Positions 47,390 to 54,947 of a stretch of DNA of 64,000 nt are shown in pieces. The notes beneath the pieces are model-generated. The model was not told where the DNA came from and ran no database searches. It was given only the letters and a program-made list of their open reading frames with translations. This DNA is from Janthinobacterium lividum (GTDB lineage: Bacteria > Bacteroidota > Bacteroidia > Cytophagales > Hymenobacteraceae), in NCBI GenBank assembly GCA_050954465.1, contig JBPBPU010000005.1, forward strand, positions 11,910 through 75,909. The letters are read 5' to 3'. A program made the translations under genes and the position numbers. The stretch's first letter is position 1. Every line of letters begins with the position of its first letter.

Positions 47390-47653
47390 ATGTACGCTGT
47401 TACTACCACCGCCCCTGCTGCACCCAAAACCATTGAGCAGCAGGTTCTACGCATCATCAGCAAGCGCAAAGCCATCAAGGCCGTGCGCCTGCGCCGTACC
47501 GCGAGCCTCGCCCGCGACCTGCGCTTCGACACCGTCGACCTCGTGGACATTATCCTGGAGTTGGAACGCAACTTCCACATCACCGTGCCCGATGAAGTAC
47601 CCTTCTACACGGTAGGCGACTTTGTGCGCTACGTAGCTAAGCACGCTGCGTAG
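47390..47653 (+). CDS. acyl-carrier-protein-like small protein with Thr at the usual Ser attachment site
   Basis: ACP-like helix II context LARDLRFDTVDLVDIILELERNFHITVPDE...TVGDFVRYV. The canonical DS(L/V)D is DTVD here (ACC at 47531-47533). Confidence 0.6.
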   Translation: MYAVTTTAPAAPKTIEQQVLRIISKRKAIKAVRLRRTASLARDLRFDTVDLVDIILELERNFHITVPDEVPFYTVGDFVRYVAKHAA

Positions 47654-47655
47654 GC

Positions 47656-47757
47656 TTAGTTGAGCGTTAAAAAGTGAAGAGGCAAGAGTTGAAACTTCGG
47701 CTGCACAAGCAGTCTAAGTTTCAACTCTTGCCTCTTCACTTTTTAACGCTTAACTAA
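47656..47757. repeat. palindromic element between convergent genes
   Basis: 42-bp arms at 47656-47697 and 47716-47757 with 1 mismatch and an 18-nt loop. It starts 3 nt after the ACP-like stop and ends 2 nt before the convergent stop. Confidence 0.9.
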
Positions 47758-47759
47758 AT

Positions 47760-48527
47760 TCAACGCACGTTGCCACCCGTGTCCGTTTGGCCGTTGTTGC
47801 CGTCGCGGCTGCCGTCGGTGGTGTTGGCCACTACGTCGCCGCTAAACCAGTCGTTTTTGCCATCGGGGCCAGCCTCATGCACGGGGCTGGTGGTAGAGCT
47901 GGAGGGCGAGCCCAGGCCCGCATCGGTGGCCGACTCATGGGTGCTGGCCGGGGCGCTGGGTAGGGCAGTAGTGCCCGCACTCTTGGCCGACTGGCTGAGC
48001 GCAGGGCTGGCGGGGCGCTGCTGCCACCGCTCCTCGTCCTGGCTAGTGCCAGCGCTAGCTGGGCGCGACTGCCACAGCTCCTCGTCCGATACCAGGGTGG
48101 CGGCTTTGGCCGATTCCCAATCGTGGAATTTGTCTAGCTCGTGCTTGATGGAGGTAGAGAACCACGCCAGCAGGGCCATATCATCGAGCAGGCCCACCAC
48201 CGGAATGAAGTCGGGAATCAGGTCGATGGGCGAGATGAAGTAGATGAGCACCGCTATGGCAGCCGCCACGGTGGTACTTGGCACCCCGGTATACTCGCCC
48301 GACACGCTGAGCTTGATGAGCCGGAACAGGCTTTGAAGTGTTTCCCAGGCTTCGTGCGCAAGGGCCCCGATTTCCTTTTGCTCGCGGGCCTTGTTAAAGG
48401 CATCGAGCAAAAGGGTTTTCAGCCGCGAAGGCTGCTTGATGTAGCTTTCGGCCGCCGCCAGAAACTTTTTGAAGAGGACCGAACCAGCAACGTCGTTGCC
48501 GCGAGGAGGGGTTTTAGAGTACGCCAT
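47760..48527 (-). CDS. DUF1232 (YkvA-like) membrane protein with long disordered C-terminal tail
   Basis: Core IYFISPIDLIPDFIPVVGLLDDMALLAW. The C-terminal ~120 aa are Ser/Thr/Gly/Pro-rich. Confidence 0.75.
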   Translation of the reverse strand: MAYSKTPPRGNDVAGSVLFKKFLAAAESYIKQPSRLKTLLLDAFNKAREQKEIGALAHEAWETLQSLFRLIKLSVSGEYTGVPSTTVAAAIAVLIYFISPIDLIPDFIPVVGLLDDMALLAWFSTSIKHELDKFHDWESAKAATLVSDEELWQSRPASAGTSQDEERWQQRPASPALSQSAKSAGTTALPSAPASTHESATDAGLGSPSSSTTSPVHEAGPDGKNDWFSGDVVANTTDGSRDGNNGQTDTGGNVR

Positions 48528-48591
48528 GCGAGAAAAGGAGAGGAATATTTGGCCCAGAAAGCCAATTAAGCCTAGTACTGTGTTCGCTGGC

Positions 48592-49164
48592 TTATAGTTG
48601 TGGCTGCTGTTGTACAGCTAGTGGCGGCAGTGCGAACCTCTCTGCCTTTGGCGAGTGGCTGGAAATCCAATTATCAAAGACGTTTACTCTTTTCCACTTC
48701 CCGTTTATCTTTTTGTAGAGATAGGTTCCGCTTTGCCCACCGAGCATACAGTTACAATCTTCGGTTATTTTTATCAGAACGGTTTTCTTATCAGGAGAGA
48801 CGATTGGCATTGACACTACATACAATAAGATGTCATTTTCCCTGTTACAATCGGAGACAATTGTGCTGAAAACTTCCTTATCTTGCCGATTATCAAAATA
48901 TTTCAGCTTATAAGCTTTCAGAGTATACTCACTTTGAGTAAGCTTTTGCATGTTAACTGATAACTGCTCTGAAAAAGTAAAGTCGCGTAAGTTATTATCA
49001 AAGACCCTTATTTTTTCAGTTTTTGAGCATATTTCGCTTAAATACAAGTCGTTATCTTTCACTATTTCGTTTATGATTTCGTATTTTTCATTCTCAGAGG
49101 TGAAGGAATACAAAAAATACGACGCAAAAACAGCCAAGCAGGCGAGTAGTATTTTCTTAGTCAT
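48592..49164 (-). CDS. AT-rich orphan gene, membrane-anchored or secreted protein of unknown function
   Basis: 190-aa ORF from ATG 49164 (MTKKILLACLAVFASYFLYSF). It is Lys/Asn/Ile/Tyr-rich with a Cys pair (ITEDCNCM). The DNA is conspicuously AT-rich against GC-rich flanks. Confidence 0.6.
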   Translation of the reverse strand: MTKKILLACLAVFASYFLYSFTSENEKYEIINEIVKDNDLYLSEICSKTEKIRVFDNNLRDFTFSEQLSVNMQKLTQSEYTLKAYKLKYFDNRQDKEVFSTIVSDCNRENDILLYVVSMPIVSPDKKTVLIKITEDCNCMLGGQSGTYLYKKINGKWKRVNVFDNWISSHSPKAERFALPPLAVQQQPQL

Positions 49165-49317
49165 CACCAGTTTTTGTTGGGACAGTTTTCGGGCAGCGCT
49201 TTCTGTGAGTAGACTGATGCCTGCTAAACCTTTAGCATCACTGTTGCCAACAGTACAATAAAAAAGCGTCTCCTGGCACGATGCCAAGAGACGCTTTGAT
49301 GCACAATGCGCCTTTCT

Positions 49318-50055
49318 TTATTCGGGCCGGACGTTGGCCACTGACGAAAGCAGTTCGGCTGTGGCCGGTGCGGTGGGCTCCAGGCCCGGCACGCGGCCGG
49401 CGGCGTAGAAGTTGTTATGGTAGTACGCCTCGTGCAGCGAGCTTACCATCACGCCGCCGTTGCAGGCCGAGTGGGCGAAGCGGCCGTCTTTGAGGTAAAT
49501 GCCGACGTGGTAGATGGCCCCGTTGCCGTGGCGGAAAAATACTAGGTCGCCGGCTTTCATGTCGGTTTTGGCGACGTGCTTGGTAGTGGCAAACATCGAG
49601 CGCGAGCTGCGCTGCAAAGTGATGCCATATACCTTATGAAACACCTGCGATACGAAGCCCGAGCAGTCGGTGCCCCGGCGCGAGCTTGAGCCGTAGCTGT
49701 AGGGGGTGCCCAGCCAGTCGGTGATGGTGTGCAGCAGGCTCTTGTTCTCGGTGTGGGCCAGCGGGGTGCTTAGCGTTTGGGCGTAGTAGCCATACGCCAT
49801 CGAGTCGCGCGAGGCCGTAACGGCGGCAGGCTCCAAAGCTTTGAGCGTGCCCGTAGCCTTTAGCAGCCGGGCCAACACCAGCGGGCCTGAGGAGCGGGGC
49901 AGCGTAGTGCCGGCCGAAAAGCCAGGAAGCAACGATGCTTCGGCCGCAACCGGAGCCGGGGCACCAGTCGAAGCCGAAGCATCGGGCATTTTATCGAAGC
50001 AGAAGGAGAGCGCCAGGGAAGCAGCGGCGAGGCAATACAGCAGGTAGTTCTTCAT
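49318..50055 (-). CDS. NlpC/P60 (C40) peptidoglycan endopeptidase lipoprotein
   Basis: Signal/lipobox MKNYLLYCLAAASLALSFC. Catalytic Cys context GTDCSGFVSQVF. Also GDLVFF and HVGIYL. Confidence 0.85.
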   Translation of the reverse strand: MKNYLLYCLAAASLALSFCFDKMPDASASTGAPAPVAAEASLLPGFSAGTTLPRSSGPLVLARLLKATGTLKALEPAAVTASRDSMAYGYYAQTLSTPLAHTENKSLLHTITDWLGTPYSYGSSSRRGTDCSGFVSQVFHKVYGITLQRSSRSMFATTKHVAKTDMKAGDLVFFRHGNGAIYHVGIYLKDGRFAHSACNGGVMVSSLHEAYYHNNFYAAGRVPGLEPTAPATAELLSSVANVRPE

Positions 50056-50374
50056 TGTCCGTCGTTGGGGTGAGCACCGGCCAGCGCCCTTAAGCTGGCT
50101 GACCGGGTAACTAATTGCGTAGATTGTTGCGCTAGGCAGGGCTGGTAAACCAGCGGGGGTTAAGGTTGAATGAACTGTTGTCGCCACCCGTTTTAATTAA
50201 TTCTATGCGGGTAGTGGACGGCCAAAGCTAAGCAGAAAATTTCTAAACAGCCTAGCTTAATTCGAAAAAAAGCTTTAAGTTCTTTAAAAAACACCCGTTT
50301 ACATCAAAAAAATATAGTAACGGCTTGCAACCCTCTCGTTTTCCCATTCGTAGCTTCGCCCGAATTCTATACAC

Positions 50375-50713
50375 ATGAGCGCCCCTCCAACTTTCGTCAA
50401 TTCTCCTCTCGCCCGCATTGCCCGCCTGGTGCTAGGCCGCGCTCCCCGCGTGGCTATGGTGTTGGGCCACACCGTACACTTGAGCGGAGCCACCCGCGAG
50501 GAATTCCTGGCCGACCCCGAGTGGGTAGCCCACGAAGAAGTGCATCTGCGCCAAGTGCGCGACCTCGGCCGCCTGCGCTTCCTCTACGAGTACCTGCTGG
50601 AATCGGCGCGGGTCGGCTACTACCAGAACAAGTTTGAAGTAGAGGCACGGGAAGGGGCCACGCAGTTTATGCTAAACTGCCAAGTAGCGCCAGCCGAAGG
50701 CCGACATAGCTAA
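50375..50713 (+). CDS. small DUF4157-like putative metallopeptidase-fold protein
   Basis: 112 aa. Has ...MVLGHTVHLSG...WVAHEEVHLRQ with an HExxH (HEEVH), laid out as in DUF4157 domains. The assignment is tentative. Confidence 0.4.
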   Translation: MSAPPTFVNSPLARIARLVLGRAPRVAMVLGHTVHLSGATREEFLADPEWVAHEEVHLRQVRDLGRLRFLYEYLLESARVGYYQNKFEVEAREGATQFMLNCQVAPAEGRHS

Positions 50714-50715
50714 CC

Positions 50716-50799
50716 CAAGTTGCGAGGCAAGGTTGGGCGGTCAACTCCCCTCCTTAGCCAAGGAGGGGAGTTGGCCGCCTGGCAGTACGCTGCAACTTG
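50716..50799. repeat. nested hairpin between convergent genes (CCCCTCC family)
   Basis: Outer arms CAAGTTGC (50716-50723) / GCAACTTG (50792-50799). Inner 14-bp stem CAACTCCCCTCCTT (50742-50755) / AAGGAGGGGAGTTG (50760-50773). Confidence 0.7.
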
Positions 50800-50820
50800 A
50801 GTTAGCTAAGCTACCTGGCG

Positions 50821-51552
50821 CTACAGCTGCGCCAGCCGCCCGCCGTCCACTACCAGCGTAGTGCCGTTGATAAAACCGGCTTCGTCGGAGGCCAGGAAAC
50901 AGATGGCGGCGGCCAGCTCGTCGGGGGTGCCTATCTGGCCGGTTACTTTTTCGGCCCCGCTTTGCACATTGGGGTTTTGGCGCAGCATGGGGGTTTCGAC
51001 TGCGCCGGGTGCCACGGCATTGATGCGGGCCTGGGTATGCGGGATTTCGAGGCTGAGGCCGCGCACGAAGGCTTCGAGCGCCCCTTTGCTGGCGGCATAA
51101 GGCACCACGTTGGGGGTAGTGGCATGGGCATGCACGGAGCTGACTGCTACCACAGCTCCACCCTGCATGTGCGGCAGGCACAGCTGGCAGAGCCTAAAGA
51201 GGGCCCGTAGGTTCACGTTCATCAGGTGGTCCCAATCGGCGGGGTTTAGCTCCAGGATGGGCGTGTAGGTCATCATGGCCGCGTCGTTGACGAGCACGTC
51301 GATGCGGTGGAAGCGGACCAGGGTTTGGGCCACGGCGGCTACCAGGTCGGCATCGCGGCCCAGGTCTACCCGGATAAACAACGCCTCGCTGCCGCCCGCC
51401 TGTATTTCGGCTACCACCTCGCGGCCTTCTTTGGCCTCGCGGCCCAGGCACACCACCGTGGCACCTTCGCGGCCCAGGCGCACGGCCGTAGCCCGGCCAA
51501 TGCCGGAGGTAGCGCCCGTAACGAGGCAAACTTTCTGCTGAAAACGAAACAT
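50821..51552 (-). CDS. SDR-family oxidoreductase
   Basis: Motifs seen: VTGATSGIGRAT (TGxxxGxG), NDAA, YAASKGA (YxxxK). The start is at ATG 51552. Confidence 0.9.
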   Translation of the reverse strand: MFRFQQKVCLVTGATSGIGRATAVRLGREGATVVCLGREAKEGREVVAEIQAGGSEALFIRVDLGRDADLVAAVAQTLVRFHRIDVLVNDAAMMTYTPILELNPADWDHLMNVNLRALFRLCQLCLPHMQGGAVVAVSSVHAHATTPNVVPYAASKGALEAFVRGLSLEIPHTQARINAVAPGAVETPMLRQNPNVQSGAEKVTGQIGTPDELAAAICFLASDEAGFINGTTLVVDGGRLAQL

Positions 51553-51683
51553 ATAGGAGGGCTGGTAAGCGGAAGCGTAACCCTGGTGCGAAAGCAAAGT
51601 TTGGGCGGTATGACTCAGTAGCGGCTGGCTGGTTAGAGCAGTTTTTGGGTATCCGCTTGCGAGTTCGGGCCGTACAGGCGCGT

Positions 51684-52421
51684 ATGCTCTCTTCCTTTTT
51701 TCCGTTACTGGCCGATGCTATTACGCCCTTCGACTGGCAGCGCGTGCTGTTTCTGGCCGATGCGCCTGCCAGCTACCTGCTCGAAGTAGCTTTCCGCAGC
51801 GTCGTGCTGTTCGTGCTCACTATCGCAGCCTTGCGCATCACGGGCAAGCGGGGGGTGCGGCAGTTGTCGCTGTTCGAGTTTGGGCTGCTGCTGGTGCTGG
51901 GCTCGGCTGCCGGCGATGCTACCCTCTACCACGACACGCCGCTGCTGTCGGTACTGGTGGTGTTTGGGGTGGTAATGGCGCTGTACGTGGTCTTCAACTA
52001 CCTCACCGACAAGCTGCCCCGCGTCGAGCGCCTGCTCGAAGGTGCCCCGGAGCTGATAATCGTAGAGGGCGAAATCGACCTGCCCGCTTTCAGTAAAGCC
52101 AGCCTCACGGCGCAAGAGCTATTTGGGCAGCTGCGGCAGTACCAGGTCGAGCATTTGGGGCAAGTACGCCGCCTCTACCTCGAAGCTACCGGCGAGGTAA
52201 GCGTGTATTTTTTCGAGCCCGCGCACGAGCGGCCGGGCCTGCCCATCTGGCCAGAGATGTACCACCAGCCGCTGTTCACGCTGCCCACGGCAGCGGCCTA
52301 CGCCTGCCACGCCTGCGCCACCGTGCGCGAGCTGCCCGCCGGCTCGGTGCCTGCGCAGTGCCCCCGTTGTGGCCAGGCCCAGGGCTGGCACCTGGCCTGC
52401 TCTACCTCCCGCACCGCCTGA
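51684..52421 (+). CDS. DUF421 (YetF-like) membrane protein with C-terminal CxxC...CxxC tail
   Basis: Motifs seen: RITGKRGVRQLSLFEFGLLLVLGSAAGDA and ELIIVEGEIDLPAF. The C-terminus reads CHACATVRELPAGSVPAQCPRCG. Confidence 0.7.
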   Translation: MLSSFFPLLADAITPFDWQRVLFLADAPASYLLEVAFRSVVLFVLTIAALRITGKRGVRQLSLFEFGLLLVLGSAAGDATLYHDTPLLSVLVVFGVVMALYVVFNYLTDKLPRVERLLEGAPELIIVEGEIDLPAFSKASLTAQELFGQLRQYQVEHLGQVRRLYLEATGEVSVYFFEPAHERPGLPIWPEMYHQPLFTLPTAAAYACHACATVRELPAGSVPAQCPRCGQAQGWHLACSTSRTA

Positions 52422-52424
52422 GTT

Positions 52425-52540
52425 ATAGCGTGGGCTTTAGCTACGCTGACCTTCGGTTGTAGTCCGCGTTTGCGCTGTTTGCCCTAACGGTGCGAACGCG
52501 GACTACAACCGAAGGTCAGCGTAGCTAAAGCCCACGCTAC
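52425..52540. repeat. palindromic REP-like element (ATAGCGTGGGC...GCCCACGCTAC)
   Basis: 46-bp arms at 52425-52470 and 52495-52540, with 45 perfect pairs and a first-base mismatch. The arms contain the core TTAGCTACGCTGACCTTCGGTTG shared with other families. Confidence 0.9.
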
Positions 52541-52644
52541 AGTGTGCTAGTGCCGCAGACGCAACCAACGGCGCAAAACTTACGAATACACCGGACCACC
52601 AGTGCCGTGGCTTTTCTATTTCCTTTCCCGTTTTACTTTCTAGC

Positions 52645-53337
52645 ATGGAACCCACTCCCACTCAGCCCACCAGCGACTATACTGGCTCCGCCAGCTCGTC
52701 TTCTTCCAGCGATGCCAGCAGCTTTTCCACTACGGCTGCACACGCTACTGGCAGCAGCAACTACCCCATTGAAAGCGCCGCGCCAGCCAGCTCTGGCATT
52801 CAAGGAGTACTTGATAATGCCTTGAGCACGGGCAAGGATGCCCTGGCCAGCGGCAAAAAATGGCTCGCCGACTCCGGCCTGGCCGACCAGGCTCAGCAAT
52901 TGCCCCAGACTGCCAAAGACCTCGGCACCAAAGCCTGGGAGCGCATCAATGGCCTGAGCAACACCCAGAAAGCCGTGGGCGTGGGGTTGCTGGCCGCCGG
53001 CATTGCCCTGCTGGCTACCCGCAGCCGCAAGGACGAAGACGGTGAGTACCGCCACGTACCGCGCCGCTCGCCGTTTGCCAAAAAGCAGTATGGCCCCGCC
53101 GCCGACGACAGCTACGCCCAGAACTCACGCCGCTCTTCCTCGTGGGGCGGCAGCCGTTATGGCTCGGCCAGTAGCTCACGCGTTAGCTCAGGCAGCGGCC
53201 ACAGCAACGACTTTGGCCGCGATTCGGCCGGCACCGGCCGCCGCCGTGACCAGGGGCCGTCGTCGGGCAGCCGCTACGACGCCAGCCGCTCGGGTGGGCA
53301 AAACCCGAATAATGAAGGCGGCAGCTTTGATTTCTAA
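52645..53337 (+). CDS. low-complexity Ser/Gly-rich protein with one TM helix
   Basis: 230-aa ORF with a central helix (AVGVGLLAAGIALLA) and disordered flanks. The coding status is plausible but unproven. Confidence 0.45.
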   Translation: MEPTPTQPTSDYTGSASSSSSSDASSFSTTAAHATGSSNYPIESAAPASSGIQGVLDNALSTGKDALASGKKWLADSGLADQAQQLPQTAKDLGTKAWERINGLSNTQKAVGVGLLAAGIALLATRSRKDEDGEYRHVPRRSPFAKKQYGPAADDSYAQNSRRSSSWGGSRYGSASSSRVSSGSGHSNDFGRDSAGTGRRRDQGPSSGSRYDASRSGGQNPNNEGGSFDF

Positions 53338-53362
53338 GGCTGACCTTACAGCGTGACGCTTA

Positions 53363-53479
53363 ACAACAAAAGAACGTCATGCTGAACAGAATGAAGCATC
53401 TCGTTTGCGTCGTTGAATTAGTAACTCAACGATACGAGCACGATGCTTCACTCCGTTCAGCATGACGTTCTTTTGTTGT
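53363..53479. repeat. imperfect palindromic element of the AAGAACGTCATGCTGA family
   Basis: The ends ACAACAAAAGAACGTCATGCTGAAC (53363-) and GTTCAGCATGACGTTCTTTTGTTGT (-53479) are complementary. The inner arm parts have diverged. Confidence 0.8.
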
Positions 53480-53539
53480 CGCATATGGCAGCCAGCCTAT
53501 CCTAATTTGCCCCGCCCTTTTGCTTACCCTTGCCCGCCT

Positions 53540-54892
53540 ATGCTCTTTTACACCGTGATGAAGCCGCTAGTGCGCCTGGGGCTGCGCGTGTTTTTCCGGC
53601 GCCTCGAAGTGCGCCACCCCGAGCGCCTGCGCCTGCCCGGCCCCCTGCTGCTGTGCGGCAACCACCCCAATACCCTCATGGACCCGCTCGTGACGGCCGT
53701 GCAGCGCCGCCAGCCCATTGCCTTTCTGGCCAAGAGCACCTTCTTCAAAAACCCGGTACTAGGGGCCATCATGCGTTCCGGCAACTGCATTCCCATCTAC
53801 CGGCGGCAGGATGCCGAGGGCGGCACCGAGCGCCTGACCCCAGCCCAGCTGGCCGCCAGCAACGAAGCCAGCTTCGGGCGCTGCTACGACTACCTGGAGC
53901 ACGGCGGCACGGTGATGATATTTCCCGAGGGCACCAGCGTGAGCGAGCGCCGCCTGCGCCCGCTCAAAACCGGGGCCGCCCGCATTGCGCTGGGCACCGA
54001 GGCCCGGCACGATTTCAAGCTGGGCCTGCAACTAGTGTGCGTGGGCACCAACTACTTCGACCCCAGCAAATTTCGCTCCGACGTGCTGCTCAACGTGGCC
54101 CCGCCTATCCGGGTAGCCGACTACGCCGAGCGCTACCACCACGACCCCGACGCCGCCGCCGACGAGTTGACCGACGAAATAGCGCGCCGCCTGAGTCGCC
54201 GCCTCGTCATCAGCCACGCCGCCGAGTACGACGAGCTGGCCCAGCAGATTGAGCGCACCTTCGGCGACCACCTCAACCCCGACGACGACCCCACCACGCT
54301 CTACGACAACTTCACGCTCAGCCGTACCGTGCTCGATGCCGTGGCCTGGTTTGAGCAGCACGCTCCCGCCCAGGTAAACGCCCTGCGCACGGCCCTCAGC
54401 GGCTACCTCACCAACCTGCAACAACAGCGCCTCGACGACGAAGCTTTGAGCCAGAGTTTTCACTCGCGCCTGCTCGACTACCTCAACCTCGTGCTGGGCC
54501 TGCCCGTGTGGCTCTACGGCGTGCTCACCAACTACATTCCCTACATCCTGCCCTCCGAAGTAGCCCGCCGCGCCACCCGCGAAACCGAGTTTATTGCGGC
54601 TATTCTGCTCGGGGTGGGCATGGTTACGTTTCCGCTGGCCTACGCCCTGGAGGCCGCCGCCGTGCAGCACTGGCTCACCCACGACTGGCGCCTCACGGCC
54701 CTGTTCGTGCTCAGCCTGCCGCTTACCGGTTTCTATGCCCTCGGCTACTGGCAGAGCCTGAGTGCCCGCCTGCGCCGCCTGCGCGCCCGCTGGCTGGCCC
54801 CGGCCGTTGCCACCGGGTTGCGCGAGCAGCGCGCCACCGTGCTGCGCCTGCTAGATGAGGCACGGGCCGCGTATGCGGGAAGGGGAGTGTAG
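53540..54892 (+). CDS. PlsC-type lysophospholipid/glycerol-3-phosphate acyltransferase with C-terminal membrane domain
   Basis: The HX4D block is CGNHPNTLMDP. Also seen: FAKSTFF, IFPEGTS, LKTGAARIAL. There are C-terminal TM helices. The start is at ATG 53540. The stop TAG lies inside the next repeat. Confidence 0.8.
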   Translation: MLFYTVMKPLVRLGLRVFFRRLEVRHPERLRLPGPLLLCGNHPNTLMDPLVTAVQRRQPIAFLAKSTFFKNPVLGAIMRSGNCIPIYRRQDAEGGTERLTPAQLAASNEASFGRCYDYLEHGGTVMIFPEGTSVSERRLRPLKTGAARIALGTEARHDFKLGLQLVCVGTNYFDPSKFRSDVLLNVAPPIRVADYAERYHHDPDAAADELTDEIARRLSRRLVISHAAEYDELAQQIERTFGDHLNPDDDPTTLYDNFTLSRTVLDAVAWFEQHAPAQVNALRTALSGYLTNLQQQRLDDEALSQSFHSRLLDYLNLVLGLPVWLYGVLTNYIPYILPSEVARRATRETEFIAAILLGVGMVTFPLAYALEAAAVQHWLTHDWRLTALFVLSLPLTGFYALGYWQSLSARLRRLRARWLAPAVATGLREQRATVLRLLDEARAAYAGRGV

Positions 54893-54946
54893 GGTAAGCT
54901 TTAGCTTGTCGGCCACCCGAGCGGCGAGCTAAAGCTTACCCTACAC
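54887..54946. repeat. palindromic REP-like element (GTAGGGTAAGCT head), copy 1
   Basis: Perfect 20-bp arms at 54887-54906 and 54927-54946. It fills the whole gap between the two convergent stop codons. Confidence 0.9.
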
Positions 54947-54947
54947 C

